From the IMG/VR virus record IMGVR_UViG_3300032294_002877, positions 1 to 64,000 of that record: a DNA stretch of 64,000 bases. The stretch is one strand, 5' to 3'. The DNA comes from a virus. Position numbers and translations under genes: made by a program. The notes beneath the pieces are model-generated. The model ran no database searches. It was not told the origin of the DNA and worked only from the letters and a program-made list of their open reading frames with translations. Shown here one piece after another: positions 37,914 through 49,163 of this stretch. Within the stretch, counting starts at the first letter, position 1. Each line of letters starts with the position of its first letter.

Positions 37914-38531
37914 ATGCTCAGGATTAAAAATCAGCCTCATAATAGCGTATGGGTTTGGGCGGATTCTCAGGAAGAACTTGGACTGACGTTTATGCGTTTC
38001 CAAGAACACTATGAGAGTCCTAATCCATTATTTAGAAACAACATATTCACGGTTGGTCAATTAAGACAGTGGTACTCTATTCAGTACGGAGGAAATACAT
38101 ATCACCATGATTGGCAAGGATTTAACTTTCCTAGTAAAGTGCTAACTCCTTTCAAGGAAGGACTATTTGATCCGTTAACTAGCGAAGAACATAATTTACT
38201 CAGTCTTTTCAGATACCGTAATGATAATTTCTATATTATCGGGGCTCAAAATAGATCGGTATTGCGACACGAATTAGCACATGCACTATATTCTCATAAT
38301 AGTACATATCAACATTGTGTAGATAAACTTTGTTTAAAATACAGAAAAGAACTCAATAAAACACGACAATATATCTTAAAAAAGGGATATGATCAATCTG
38401 TGCTTAATGATGAAATGCAGGCATATATTACAGATAATGATGACGAGTACATTATCAAACATACTCCATCGAATGTAATACAACAGTTCAATCTGCTCTA
38501 TAATAAATATAAGGAAAATACTGATGAATGA
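37914..38531 (+). CDS. Hypothetical protein with HExxH motif
   Basis: RHELAHALY, a possible zincin site. Confidence 0.6.
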   Translation: MLRIKNQPHNSVWVWADSQEELGLTFMRFQEHYESPNPLFRNNIFTVGQLRQWYSIQYGGNTYHHDWQGFNFPSKVLTPFKEGLFDPLTSEEHNLLSLFRYRNDNFYIIGAQNRSVLRHELAHALYSHNSTYQHCVDKLCLKYRKELNKTRQYILKKGYDQSVLNDEMQAYITDNDDEYIIKHTPSNVIQQFNLLYNKYKENTDE

Positions 38532-39092
38532 AGAATTATCAGATGAAGAAAAGAGTTTTCACGAATGGCTTGCTGAAAATACACAGTATGTGTCTCAAAA
38601 TAAATACTCTATTAATGTAATGAAGAGATTATATTTAGCTGGTTTTTCTGCCGGGTATATGTATAAGAAAAAACACGACGCTATGGAACAATTACAAAAA
38701 TAATGACCAATAATCAATTAGATGTTCTGATAAATATATGTAATTTAGCACTAAGTCGCTCTTATGGTTTAACTAAGAGTCAAATTCAAGACATTGACAA
38801 TGCAAGGAAAGCGTTGTATAATGAAAGATATTCTTTGGGAGATAAAAAATGCTCTGGTCTGAAGTTAAAAAGTGGGCTAAAGAAAACGGCTACGAAGTTG
38901 TCAAAGAAAAAGATGACTCTGTAAACGGTGCTTCTTATTATTGGGCCAATATGACAAATACTTCGCTTAGTGGGGTTTCTCTTAGCGTAAGTAAACTTGC
39001 TAGAGATATTTATAATTCTATAACTAGCAATGAATGGGTGGAGCATCAAACACAATTTCAGATAAAACTATCAGAAGAAGAAAATATTAATT

Positions 39093-39737
39093 ATGAAAGT
39101 TAGCGTTGTTAGCGTTACTCCAGATGCAGAAAAAACTATGGCCTATTGTGCCAGAGTTAGTAACCCGTCTAATCAAGATAATGAAAACTATGCTAAACTC
39201 TTAAAATATTGTATAGACCACCAGCACTGGAGTATTTTTGAGATGGCTTTTATGACTCTGCAAGTCGATACAACAAGAGGCATCGCTGCCCAAATACTAA
39301 GACATAGAAGTTTTACCTTTCAAGAATTTAGTCAAAGATATGCAGATACTACTTTACTTAGCGAAGAAATTCCACTCTTTGAATTAAGAAGACAAGATAC
39401 AAAAAATAGACAAAACAGCATTAATAATATAGATGCAGAGATTAAGAGTAAATGGAATAGTCAAATACGGCAGCATTTTTCTAAAGCAAAAGCAATTTAT
39501 GATGGCATGATCGCAGATGGCATTGCTAAAGAATGTGCGAGATTTGTTTTACCATTAGCAACTCCAACACGCATTTATATGAGTGGTAGTGTACGATCAT
39601 GGATTCATTATATTAATTTACGTTCAGCAAATGGTACGCAAAAAGAGCATATGGAAATCGCTAATTATTGTAAACAAATTTTTATTGAACAATTTCCAAC
39701 TATAAGCGAGGCTTTGTTATGGAATCATCAGTCTTAG
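39093..39737 (+). CDS. thyX: Flavin-dependent thymidylate synthase
   Basis: QHWSIFE, QILRHRSFTFQEFSQRY and ECARFVLP motifs. Confidence 0.96.
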   Translation: MKVSVVSVTPDAEKTMAYCARVSNPSNQDNENYAKLLKYCIDHQHWSIFEMAFMTLQVDTTRGIAAQILRHRSFTFQEFSQRYADTTLLSEEIPLFELRRQDTKNRQNSINNIDAEIKSKWNSQIRQHFSKAKAIYDGMIADGIAKECARFVLPLATPTRIYMSGSVRSWIHYINLRSANGTQKEHMEIANYCKQIFIEQFPTISEALLWNHQS

Positions 39738-40040
39738 TACAAATTATACTGTGGATGATAGCGATTTATCTCGCTTTTGGTTTGTCTTTTCTTGGTGTTG
39801 GTCTTTGTTTCTTTTTCGTATCTTTTGTTAAGACATTTTGGAGAAAATAATGAAAGAATTTGGCATATCCGCACAAGTATTTAAAAATAATGATCTTTCT
39901 AAACAAAATTTACTGATTATTGAAGTGCATACTGGATTTTCGTCAGAAGAAGCATTGTCTAGTTTTAAACTACATTTTCCCTCTATAGAATATTCTCTAG
40001 TAAAAGTCTTATCTATAGAAGAAATACCTCAAGTCGCATC

Positions 40041-40068
40041 TTGACTTTAACCGATACTGTGGTATAAT
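40041..40068 (+). promoter_or_regulatory. sigma70-type promoter with CCGATA spacer box
   Basis: TTGACT-TTAACCGATACTGTGG-TATAAT. Confidence 0.75.
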
Positions 40069-40086
40069 ACCGCACAAGGAGTTTTT

Positions 40087-41004
40087 ATGACTAATCGGTT
40101 GGGTCTTTGTTGCATTTCTCTCAAACTTAAAGAGCAGGGTTTTGGTCATCAAACAATGACCTATAAGAGATTTAATTCGTTGCCAAGAGAAGAAGCACTA
40201 GAAATTCTTGGTAGCAGAATTCAAAACAATCTTATGGTAACAGATAAGACTATTGAATTTTGTGCAGAAAAGAACTATGTTTATCGTGTGAGTAGCGATA
40301 TTTTCCCGCTAATTACATTCGATGAGGCTAATGTCAGTCTTGAAGATTTGCCCAACCATGACGCTATTCAAGACGAGTTCGATAATATCAGCAACACCAT
40401 AAAGCGAACAGGAGTTCGCGTATCTTGTCATCCTAGCGAATTTAATAGTTTATCTAGTTTGACTCCTAAAGTAGTCGATAAAACAATTGTAGAACTAAAC
40501 TTTTATAGTAGTTTTTTTGATAGAATTGGTTTGCCAGCCGATACAAATGCTCCCATGAATCTTCATGTCCATAACAATAATGGAACACGCGAAGAAATTA
40601 GTCATAGATTTTATGAAAACTTCAAGCGTTTAGACGAAAATTGTCAGAAACGTATGACAATCGAAAACGACGACAAACTTAATTGCTGGAGTGTGAGAGA
40701 ATTGGTAGATATTTTCCATCCTATTACCAGCATACCGATTTGCTTCGACTATTTGCATCATAAGTGCCATCCTAATAATCTTACTGAATGTGAGGCTATT
40801 AATATGTGCTATGATACATGGCAAACTCGTCCTCTTTTCCATTATAGCGAAAGCAGGCCCGGAAATAATCCAAGGGCTCATGCTGATTATGCAGAAAATA
40901 AATTCGACCATTATGGTTTAGAATTTGATGTTGATATGGAACTCAAAGGTAAAGACAATGCTCTTGAAATGTACGAAGAAATTGTTAAAGGAGTAACAAT
41001 ATGA
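40087..41004 (+). CDS. uvsE: UV DNA damage endonuclease (UvdE/UvsE family)
   Basis: LGLCC, YRVSSDIFP, RVSCHP, TIENDD, FDYLHH, FHYSE and HADY motifs. Confidence 0.92.
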   Translation: MTNRLGLCCISLKLKEQGFGHQTMTYKRFNSLPREEALEILGSRIQNNLMVTDKTIEFCAEKNYVYRVSSDIFPLITFDEANVSLEDLPNHDAIQDEFDNISNTIKRTGVRVSCHPSEFNSLSSLTPKVVDKTIVELNFYSSFFDRIGLPADTNAPMNLHVHNNNGTREEISHRFYENFKRLDENCQKRMTIENDDKLNCWSVRELVDIFHPITSIPICFDYLHHKCHPNNLTECEAINMCYDTWQTRPLFHYSESRPGNNPRAHADYAENKFDHYGLEFDVDMELKGKDNALEMYEEIVKGVTI

Positions 41005-41328
41005 GCGGATGGCTTATAGCATTTACAGGATGTGTGTATTTATATGTTGCACTAGAGCAATATGTCGTTCATAAAAATATTGGTATGTTTATTACTTATG
41101 TTGGTTATGCTTTTGCAAACGTCGGATTGTATATGCTGGCATCTAAATAAAGGAATAGTTTTATGACAAAAGAACCAAACAAAATTAAAATGAATGATAC
41201 TCCATCACCATCTAAACCTATAAAAAAAATACCGCTACCACCAATAAATCCAAATAAATATGACATTGATATGAGTGACGATACTTATATCAGACCGGAT
41301 AATGATTCTGTTTACAAGCCTATTGAAA

Positions 41329-41793
41329 ATGAAAATAATTCAGAAAACAATTCGTAAAGCGTATTCTTATTGGAATCCTTGTTGTTTAATCAGATGCTAC
41401 CACTATGCTGCCGCATTTGATGGTAACAAGATGATTTGTTTCACCAAAAACAACCCGATTAAAACCCATACTGGGGCTTATAGAATAGGCGAAGACTTTA
41501 ATTTACCTAAATATAAAGAATTTCCATTCTATCATAGCGAAAGTCGCTTGATTGATAAATTATTGAATAAATACAATTCTATTAATCCTTCTTGGAAGAT
41601 TGTGGTTATGAGAATTAATAGGTGCGGTAAAATTCTTGGAAGCAAACCCTGCATTAACTGTCATAAACTCCTTAATGCTGTAGGATTAAATCAAATATAT
41701 TACAGTACAGATAGTGGATCGTTTGTCAGTCCAAATGCTGATATAATTTATCTTAAACCTTTCAACCAGTTATCTTTTACTAATAATGCTTGA
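41329..41793 (+). CDS. Cytidine/dCMP deaminase-like Zn protein
   Basis: HSE...SKPCINC zinc-binding motif. Confidence 0.7.
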   Translation: MKIIQKTIRKAYSYWNPCCLIRCYHYAAAFDGNKMICFTKNNPIKTHTGAYRIGEDFNLPKYKEFPFYHSESRLIDKLLNKYNSINPSWKIVVMRINRCGKILGSKPCINCHKLLNAVGLNQIYYSTDSGSFVSPNADIIYLKPFNQLSFTNNA

Positions 41794-41825
41794 ATATTAG
41801 AATAAAAAATATTTAGGATTCCGGT

Positions 41826-42383
41826 ATGAAACCTTCCGAACGAATTTATTTGAAATATGATGAGTTAAATTCTATAGAAAAAGATATTCTTGTGAGAAGG
41901 CATATCGAGAGATATTCTATAATAAGACAATGGTGTAAGGGAGTGGTTCTTGATTTTGCTTGCGGTTGTGGCTATGGTTCCTATGTGATTTCTAAAAATC
42001 CAGATGTTTCTTTTGTTTTTGGTTTAGATATAGATAAAGACAGTATTTCTTGGGCGAATGAAAACTACAAAACAGAAAAGATTATTTTTTTTCAACAAAC
42101 ATTAGAAGATTTTAATGAAAAAGTTGATTTACTTGTTTGTTTAGAAACTATCGAACACATTAAAGATAAAAATTTCTTACCTAAACAAGTGAATAGATTA
42201 GGTATCAATAAGATACTTCTGTCTTTTCCTTCAAAAAAAACAACTCACTATAATCCTTATCATTTTCATGATTATAAAACACAAGATGTGTTGGATTTAT
42301 TTTCTGATTTTGAATTGATTGATGAAATTGATCTCAATAGAGAAGTTAAAATTTTAAATTTGCTTCGCAAATTATCTCAATGA
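41826..42383 (+). CDS. Class I SAM-dependent methyltransferase
   Basis: HIERY, VLDFACGCGYG, GLDID and CLETIEH motifs. Confidence 0.88.
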   Translation: MKPSERIYLKYDELNSIEKDILVRRHIERYSIIRQWCKGVVLDFACGCGYGSYVISKNPDVSFVFGLDIDKDSISWANENYKTEKIIFFQQTLEDFNEKVDLLVCLETIEHIKDKNFLPKQVNRLGINKILLSFPSKKTTHYNPYHFHDYKTQDVLDLFSDFELIDEIDLNREVKILNLLRKLSQ

Positions 42384-42908
42384 GTTGTATATAGATAGAA
42401 CTTTATCTATGTGTAATGGGTTTTTTGCTATTTTATAGCAATCTTTAACAAACACTCCATCACATATAAGTGAATTTTCCCACACAATACCCTTGCGTAG
42501 TTCCGATGATACAATAAAATTATGAGTGTCTATTGCATAGGGTGTCGGGTATCCTCTGCTTCTAATAGTATTATTTTTTAATGCTTGTAGAAAAGAGATG
42601 AAGTCATGATCGGTTTTATCATGTATATTTTCCCATAGTTCTTTATGTATTGTTGTGTCATCATCATTAAAATAGATATGTCCATTTTCAACTAAACCTA
42701 GGCCAAAATTTCTTTGCTGACTACCGGCCACGCTTCCACTGACTTTATGAGCATATACTTCGGCTATATTTGGAATTGGCACATCTGGTATCTCATTCTT
42801 ATCAAAAACTATTATCCATCTAAAATTTTCTCTTGGTATATTGATTGACTCTTCAATTTTATTTAAATTTTCTGGTCTAGTGCAAGGTGTGATTATGTTT
42901 AAAAACAT
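42372..42908 (-). CDS. GT-A (GT2-like) glycosyltransferase
   Basis: NIITPCTRPENL start, QQRNFGL and YFNDDD (DxD) motifs. Confidence 0.8.
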   Translation of the reverse strand: MFLNIITPCTRPENLNKIEESINIPRENFRWIIVFDKNEIPDVPIPNIAEVYAHKVSGSVAGSQQRNFGLGLVENGHIYFNDDDTTIHKELWENIHDKTDHDFISFLQALKNNTIRSRGYPTPYAIDTHNFIVSSELRKGIVWENSLICDGVFVKDCYKIAKNPLHIDKVLSIYNSLR

Positions 42909-43040
42909 ATATTAAGTACCTAAAATAATTTTTTCAAAGTAAAATACACCAAATAACAGCATTAACAAAGAAGAATTTTTCAAGGATTCGGGTTGACAGT
43001 GCCGATAACTATGGTATAATCCGCTCAACGGAGGATACCA

Positions 43041-43259
43041 ATGAACTGCATTTACTGCAAGAATAGTGTTGGCATTGATCGTTATGAGTTTCTTGTTGAA
43101 ACTGGTCGTAAAATTATCTGTAAGGAATGTAGTGTTGAGGATCGTGCCGTAGGATTTATGGACTGGGGACATAAAACTGCTCCTAGTCTTGTTATGGTTC
43201 CGGCTAATGCTACCGAAACTATTCGTAAACTGGATCGTGCAAATAGGAGAGCCAGATGA
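43041..43259 (+). CDS. DksA/TraR-like C4 zinc-finger protein
   Basis: CIYC-x6-RY...ICKEC pattern; own promoter at 42993-43020. Confidence 0.55.
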   Translation: MNCIYCKNSVGIDRYEFLVETGRKIICKECSVEDRAVGFMDWGHKTAPSLVMVPANATETIRKLDRANRRAR

Positions 43260-43950
43260 AATATCAAACAAAACTTTTTGAACTTAAAACCAAAAATGGT
43301 TCTAATGAAATTAACGAATGGTTAATGAATAATCCAGATATTACTATTATTTCGGCAGGAACTTTTGCTAACAATACTGGATGGGGATATATTATTCTTT
43401 ATACCAGTGATAAATCTCGCTCTGGTTTTTTTAACAGGAGAACATGATGACTTGGCTTGATCTTTATAGTTATCTTAATGAACGAGCGAATGATATTAAG
43501 AATCCCGGCAGTTTCCCTTGGCAAGAAACTGTAGAAGTATGGGATTGGGAAACATTAGATTATTATCCCACAGATTTTATTCAGATGCCATCGGATGAGA
43601 AGATTTCTCTCTCAGTAGATACTTACCAACCACCGGAGATTACACAATAATGGACTTGGAAATTGAAAGTTTGCTTTTTAAGCAAGTAGAGAAGCCTAAA
43701 AATCATCTGATGACACGCATCATTAATGTGTTTGAGAATAGGTATCGTATCAATGTGTATATTGAAATTGAAGAAGATGGTTTGACCAAGAAAAGGATTC
43801 ATAGTAGTTATTTTGCACACTATAAGCCCGGTGAACTTAAAATTATTCCAGACTGCGATAAAGATTCTGGAGAATCGCTAAAGAAACGCTATTGACAAAA
43901 CCGATTAGAGTGGTATACTTGAGTCATATCACCAACCAAGGAGAATAACG

Positions 43951-44367
43951 ATGGCTAAAGGCAAGAAAACTTGTGAGAAGTGTGGAACGCAAACCGGCCC
44001 CCGTGCCTATATGTGCAAGAAGTGTAATACTCCTTTTATCTTCAAGGCCAAAAGTAAAGAACACAAGAACACAAAGATTATTAGAGATTTTAATTGGCGT
44101 GAACTAGTCAAGGGTGATCGCATCAGAGTTGCTGGTGGCCCGTATTATGTCAGTAAGGGGGAATTTATCCCTATGGGTTATCGCGGACGATTTGTTGTAG
44201 AAAAGATTGATGAGTTTGGTATTCATGCTTGGGGTCAAGATAAGCATACTGGTTTTGCTCATATTTGGATGGCAGGAGATATGCAAAATAAAGAGACTGG
44301 AGTATGGAAGACTAAGCACAAGATTATGAAACTCAAACCTAAAGAAGTTGTCCATGAGTCTAACTGA
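43951..44367 (+). CDS. Hypothetical protein with N-terminal Zn ribbon
   Basis: CEKC...CKKC; AAGGAG RBS. Confidence 0.65.
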   Translation: MAKGKKTCEKCGTQTGPRAYMCKKCNTPFIFKAKSKEHKNTKIIRDFNWRELVKGDRIRVAGGPYYVSKGEFIPMGYRGRFVVEKIDEFGIHAWGQDKHTGFAHIWMAGDMQNKETGVWKTKHKIMKLKPKEVVHESN

Positions 44368-45134
44368 AGAACAGAAGAAACAAATAGATAAACTTATTGA
44401 GCACAGGGATGCCATTGTCGATAGTCTGGCAAATATACAGCATATTCTTAAACAATATTTTCCAGAAGAATTTGATTTAGCCTATCAGCACTATATCCCA
44501 CAAATTACCACCGCTTTATACGAAGATAAAAAGTGGCTATCTAGAGGCGGATATAGTATGCAGGACACTATAAATCATTTGACAGATAAATCCAACAACA
44601 ATAAATTTTCAGGTGTAAGTAAATATATCTGATTGGTGAAATTATGAATGATAAATATGCTATTATGGATTTGGACGGTTATGTTATGGAGATGAGAAGT
44701 GCGGCGGCACTATCTATTGCTCCAGACAATACAGACAATCTAGATGACTATATCACAATATCTCAAATGAAATATTTGGTTAATTCTTGGTGCATTGGAT
44801 ACGATAATCAACAAAGACCCATTTTAGATGAAGAATCTAACCAAAACATTTTTGAAGATGCTAGAATTTGGATCAGTAATGTTGGTTTGGCTAAATTAGC
44901 AGCAGAAGGATGCCTTGAATGTGCATGGGATTCTGATGCTAATGATATGATTTTTTGGCCCCGCAATCAAACGGAGAATCATAATGACAAACCAAAACCT
45001 AAACGAAAAAATAAGAGACCTAAAAGAAAAGATACATGAGTGCAAAGACTACATATCGTCAGATTTTTGTAGAAACTGTGTTGATATGTACAAAAAAATT
45101 GAGCAATATGAACAAGAAATAAAAGATTTGGAAA

Positions 45135-45680
45135 ATGAATGTACTTGATAGTCTGAAAAATTATAGTATTCCAGATATTACGAAATATTGCTATAGCAAT
45201 AGTATACCAGCAAGTGTTGGAATGGTTAATATTGGTGGAGATTTTAATCTTAGTACGATGGTTCGTAATGCGAACTTTTTTGGATTCAGAAGTGTGCATT
45301 ATGTAGGAAAAAAGAAATGGGATAAAAGAGGTAGTGTTGGAACACATCACTATACTCCTGTTTATCATCATAAAGATGAAGAGTCTTTTATTTTACAATG
45401 CTCTGGTAGGAGTATTATTGCTATTGAGAATAATATTCCAGAGTATGCAAATAAGACTGTTGATCTTTTTGATTACAGGTTTGATAGTAGAGTAGGTCTA
45501 ACTCAACCCATATTCCTTTTCGGAGAAGAAAATAAAGGACTATCAAATTTCATTTTGGATCGGTCTGATGTTATCCTCACTATCCCTAATTATGGCAGTG
45601 TTCGTTCTCTCAATGTTGGAACAACTAGTGGGATCGTTATGAGTATTTTTAGAAATTTTATTGAGCAAAACAAATGCTAG
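45135..45680 (+). CDS. SpoU/TrmH-family RNA 2'-O-methyltransferase
   Basis: NLSTMVRNA, FLFGEENKGL and IPNYGSVRSLNVGTT motifs. Confidence 0.9.
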   Translation: MNVLDSLKNYSIPDITKYCYSNSIPASVGMVNIGGDFNLSTMVRNANFFGFRSVHYVGKKKWDKRGSVGTHHYTPVYHHKDEESFILQCSGRSIIAIENNIPEYANKTVDLFDYRFDSRVGLTQPIFLFGEENKGLSNFILDRSDVILTIPNYGSVRSLNVGTTSGIVMSIFRNFIEQNKC

Positions 45681-46606
45681 AAAATGCAAAAAGCAAATAT
45701 TGCATCATCTCTGGTCTTGCTGGATTCAATGATTTTTTGAGCACTCTTTTAAGAGGTTGTCAACTAGTAGAATACGGAAGATCAAAAAACATAGATATTA
45801 AACTCATAACTACTTGGATGGGATTTGGAAATATATTTTGGAGTTTTTTTGATTTCACGAACATTATTGATGCGGAATTGAATAATTCGCAATATGTACT
45901 GCAAAATCTTACTTCGTATAAGCCTCATCCACAAAAATATACTTTTAAAGATACTCATATCGAAGTAAACAAAACAAATAATCCTCTTGATATACGATGG
46001 GATCATCTAAATGATTGGGATTATATCGTAGAGTTCTTTAGTGGTCAATGGGATTATCATAGTCTTTTTTTTAAATATCTGAGATTAAACAATGAGTTCA
46101 AAAAAGAACTCAAACATATTCTAGATTTTTTAGACGAATCTAACTATGTATGTGTTAATTTTAGGATGCAAGAAATGATAAAAGTTATCTATGGTAAAGA
46201 AGCAGAGACTCAGTATAGTCTCAAACTTGAAGAATATTCAAATCAAATTATACAACTAGCAGATAAACACAATACCAAAAAAATAGTAATATGTACGGAT
46301 TCAATTGATCTTGTTAACAGATTTAAAGACCATGAGAATATCTTTAGTTTCGGGTATGCAAAAAAACTAATAGATTCAGGTATTGATACTAAATCCATAG
46401 ACAGATTTAGAGGTATACATATGGACTACTATAAAAAAATAAATCTTACCTCCTATGATATTTGTAAGCATACTTTTATAGACTATTTTTTAATGATTAT
46501 GTCAGAAACTTTATATCCCGCCGAGTTTGGTCATTTTGGAAAATCAGCACTAAAATTTCAAAACCACATAAAATCAAACAAAAATATAAAATCTCTTATA
46601 TACTAA
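45674..46606 (+). CDS. Putative GT-B fucosyltransferase-like glycosyltransferase
   Basis: GLAGFND N-terminal loop, VCVNFR, VICTDS, IDYFLM and EFG motifs reminiscent of NodZ/O-FucT. Confidence 0.5.
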   Translation: MLENAKSKYCIISGLAGFNDFLSTLLRGCQLVEYGRSKNIDIKLITTWMGFGNIFWSFFDFTNIIDAELNNSQYVLQNLTSYKPHPQKYTFKDTHIEVNKTNNPLDIRWDHLNDWDYIVEFFSGQWDYHSLFFKYLRLNNEFKKELKHILDFLDESNYVCVNFRMQEMIKVIYGKEAETQYSLKLEEYSNQIIQLADKHNTKKIVICTDSIDLVNRFKDHENIFSFGYAKKLIDSGIDTKSIDRFRGIHMDYYKKINLTSYDICKHTFIDYFLMIMSETLYPAEFGHFGKSALKFQNHIKSNKNIKSLIY

Positions 46607-46691
46607 AATAAATACAATTTAATCATTCAAATCCTCTCTCAAGTCTTGACAGCGACAGGTCGATATAGTAGAATAGAGAAACGAACAATAC

Positions 46692-46765
46692 GGGGCGTTG
46701 CAGCCGGTAGTTGCACATACTCTTATAAGGTATTCAAAAGGTAGGTTCGACTCCTACACGCCCTA
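46692..46765 (+). tRNA. tRNA-Ile(TAT)
   Basis: GGGGCGT/ACGCCCT; ATACT-CTTATAA-GGTAT; GGTTCGACTCC. Confidence 0.85.
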
Positions 46766-46785
46766 TTTTCGGTGTAATTAATTTC

Positions 46786-47139
46786 GGGGGTATAATAGAT
46801 TCGACTACATAATGGAGATTATATTAGCAAGTAGTGGTTGATCGACAGGCCACTATAAAAGTCGATTAAACGCTTTAACTGGCGAAACTCAGTTAGCCCT
46901 TGCTGCTTAATTAAATAACAGCAACAATCTTAGGAAGCGATGAAGGTAGCGTCCAAAAGATTGTCGTAAAATCCTTCGGCTCCTGTTAGTGGTGACGGTT
47001 AACAGGCTAAGATGTGTCACTAGGATTGATGACTGTTGTTCATTCTTTAATCAAATCCGAATGTTTATGAATGAACTAAACTTGTAGAAGATATTTTCAA
47101 ATTTATGCTAGGACACGGGTGCAAATCCCGTTACCTCCA
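46786..47139 (+). ncRNA. ssrA: tmRNA, tag peptide (A)GETQLALAA
   Basis: 5' GGGGGTA...GATTCGAC; tag ORF ggc gaa act cag tta gcc ctt gct gct taa (46881-46910); 3' T arm and TACCTCC-A. Confidence 0.93.
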
Positions 47140-47279
47140 CTTATGAGTTTCTGGAAAAAGGTATTCAAGAAGTATAAGAAAGAAAAGAAACAAGATTTAG
47201 AAAGTCTTGTAGAGGATAAGTATTTTCAAAAATTACAAAAGAAACTGAGCAAACATAACACTAAACATAAAAAGAAAAA

Positions 47280-49163
47280 ATGATAGATAAAATTAAGGCG
47301 ATATTATCTTCACAAGAGTGTGAGTATTTTAGTATTGCTTTTCTTTATCATTGTATAGTTATAGGTTTGTTAGCCTTTTGTTTTGTTGCTATTGATAGGC
47401 CAGAAAAAGTATTTAGTATTATCATTCAGAATGATGATGTTGTAATTGATACTGAGACTTTTACAGAACCGGAGATCACCAACTTCGATCCTACACAAAC
47501 ATCTTTTGAAGATTCTCCAATCGTTCCGTCTAATGAATCTTCACTATCTGTAGACAATAAAATTGACGTTCCTTCTACTGTGGAATTATCCAATTTGGAA
47601 ATTAGCGAGCCGGATTTTATAGGATCAAACTCTGGAGATATTTTAGCGGGTGTTGGGAAGTTGATCGGCAAAGGAATATCGGCAGAACAAAATACTGGTG
47701 GTGCGTTAGATAGATTAACGGCAGAAATTGTTAGCAATGCGTCCGATAAAAATTTGAATGTGTTATGGCTATTAGACGCCTCAATTAGTTTATCTCATCA
47801 ACGACAAGATATTAGAGAAAGATTCGACAAGATTCTATCCGAGATTAGTTTTAGCCAAAATACAAGTCATACCATTAACCATGGTATTTTTAGTTTTGGT
47901 CTTTCTCATAATAAGTTGTGTGATTTTACTAGCGATGCTAATGTTCTCAAGGACAGTTTTGCATCCATAGTTTTAGATACTTCTGGCACAGAGAATATCT
48001 TTCAAACTATTCTTGAATTATCTAATACTTATGGCAAAAAAGATCCACGATTGATGATCGTGGTTTTCACTGATGAAATAGGTGATGATGTAGATTATCT
48101 AGACAGAGCGGCAGTATCATCCCGTAAAAAAGGAACTATGGTTTATGTTGTAGGAAGCCCAGCACCTTTTGGCAAAAGCAAAACACAATTCAAGTACGTC
48201 GATCCCGATCCTAATTATGATCAAAGCGAAAAGTGGGTAGAGATTCAGCAGGGGCCGGAAACCTTATACCCAATGATTCTAGACATTCATGCCTTACCAA
48301 TTGACGAACAAACACTAGACAGCGGGTATGGGCCGTTTGCTTTGTGTTCATTGTGTTCAGAAACCGGAGGAATATTTTTCAGCGTTCATCCTAACAGATC
48401 GTCATCGGTTCTATCTAAGAAAGATATTAGTCCACTAGCCTCTAACATCTCTAAGTTTTTTGATACTGATGTAATGAGAAGTTACAGCCCAGATTATAGA
48501 TCATTTGCATTACAGGCCAAGGAAAATCAAACCCACAGAATAAAGAACGCTTTAGTACAAGCAGCATCTACGAAACTAGATATTCGTGGAGAACAAACGC
48601 TAAAGTTTAATGCTTTTACAGAAGGGGATTTTGTAAACGAATTAGGCAAAGCACAAAGATTCTCTGCTAAAATAGAACCTAAAATTAATCAGATACTAAC
48701 CACGCTACAGAATACAGAGAAAGAATTTGATACTCTAAAGGACAAAAGATGGAAAGCGTCATATGCTTTGGCTATGGGAAGGATATTAGCCACAAAAACA
48801 AGAATTGAATTTTATAACCAAGTATTAGCAGAAGCAAAAACTGGTCTAAAAAAGAAAGACCAAAAGAGTAATGTTTGGGTATTAAATCATACGGATAAGT
48901 TTGCTACTACTAATAGTCAACTTAATAAAAACTACAAACAAGCACGGTATTATCTAAATTATGTAATTGATACATATCCAGATACTCCTTGGGCCTATAT
49001 TGCTAACGAGGAAATAAAAACTCCTTTTGGATACGAATGGACTGAGAGTTATATTGAGCCACCAAAAATGGGTGGCGGAGGTAATAACAATCCTAATCCT
49101 CCAAAGGATGATACAATCAAAAAATTACAACCTAAACCACAAAGAAAGATAGAAAAAATATGA
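47280..49163 (+). CDS. Membrane-anchored von Willebrand factor A domain protein (planctomycete type)
   Basis: N-terminal TM; MIDAS DASIS, SGTE and VVFTDE motifs. Confidence 0.8.
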   Translation: MIDKIKAILSSQECEYFSIAFLYHCIVIGLLAFCFVAIDRPEKVFSIIIQNDDVVIDTETFTEPEITNFDPTQTSFEDSPIVPSNESSLSVDNKIDVPSTVELSNLEISEPDFIGSNSGDILAGVGKLIGKGISAEQNTGGALDRLTAEIVSNASDKNLNVLWLLDASISLSHQRQDIRERFDKILSEISFSQNTSHTINHGIFSFGLSHNKLCDFTSDANVLKDSFASIVLDTSGTENIFQTILELSNTYGKKDPRLMIVVFTDEIGDDVDYLDRAAVSSRKKGTMVYVVGSPAPFGKSKTQFKYVDPDPNYDQSEKWVEIQQGPETLYPMILDIHALPIDEQTLDSGYGPFALCSLCSETGGIFFSVHPNRSSSVLSKKDISPLASNISKFFDTDVMRSYSPDYRSFALQAKENQTHRIKNALVQAASTKLDIRGEQTLKFNAFTEGDFVNELGKAQRFSAKIEPKINQILTTLQNTEKEFDTLKDKRWKASYALAMGRILATKTRIEFYNQVLAEAKTGLKKKDQKSNVWVLNHTDKFATTNSQLNKNYKQARYYLNYVIDTYPDTPWAYIANEEIKTPFGYEWTESYIEPPKMGGGGNNNPNPPKDDTIKKLQPKPQRKIEKI

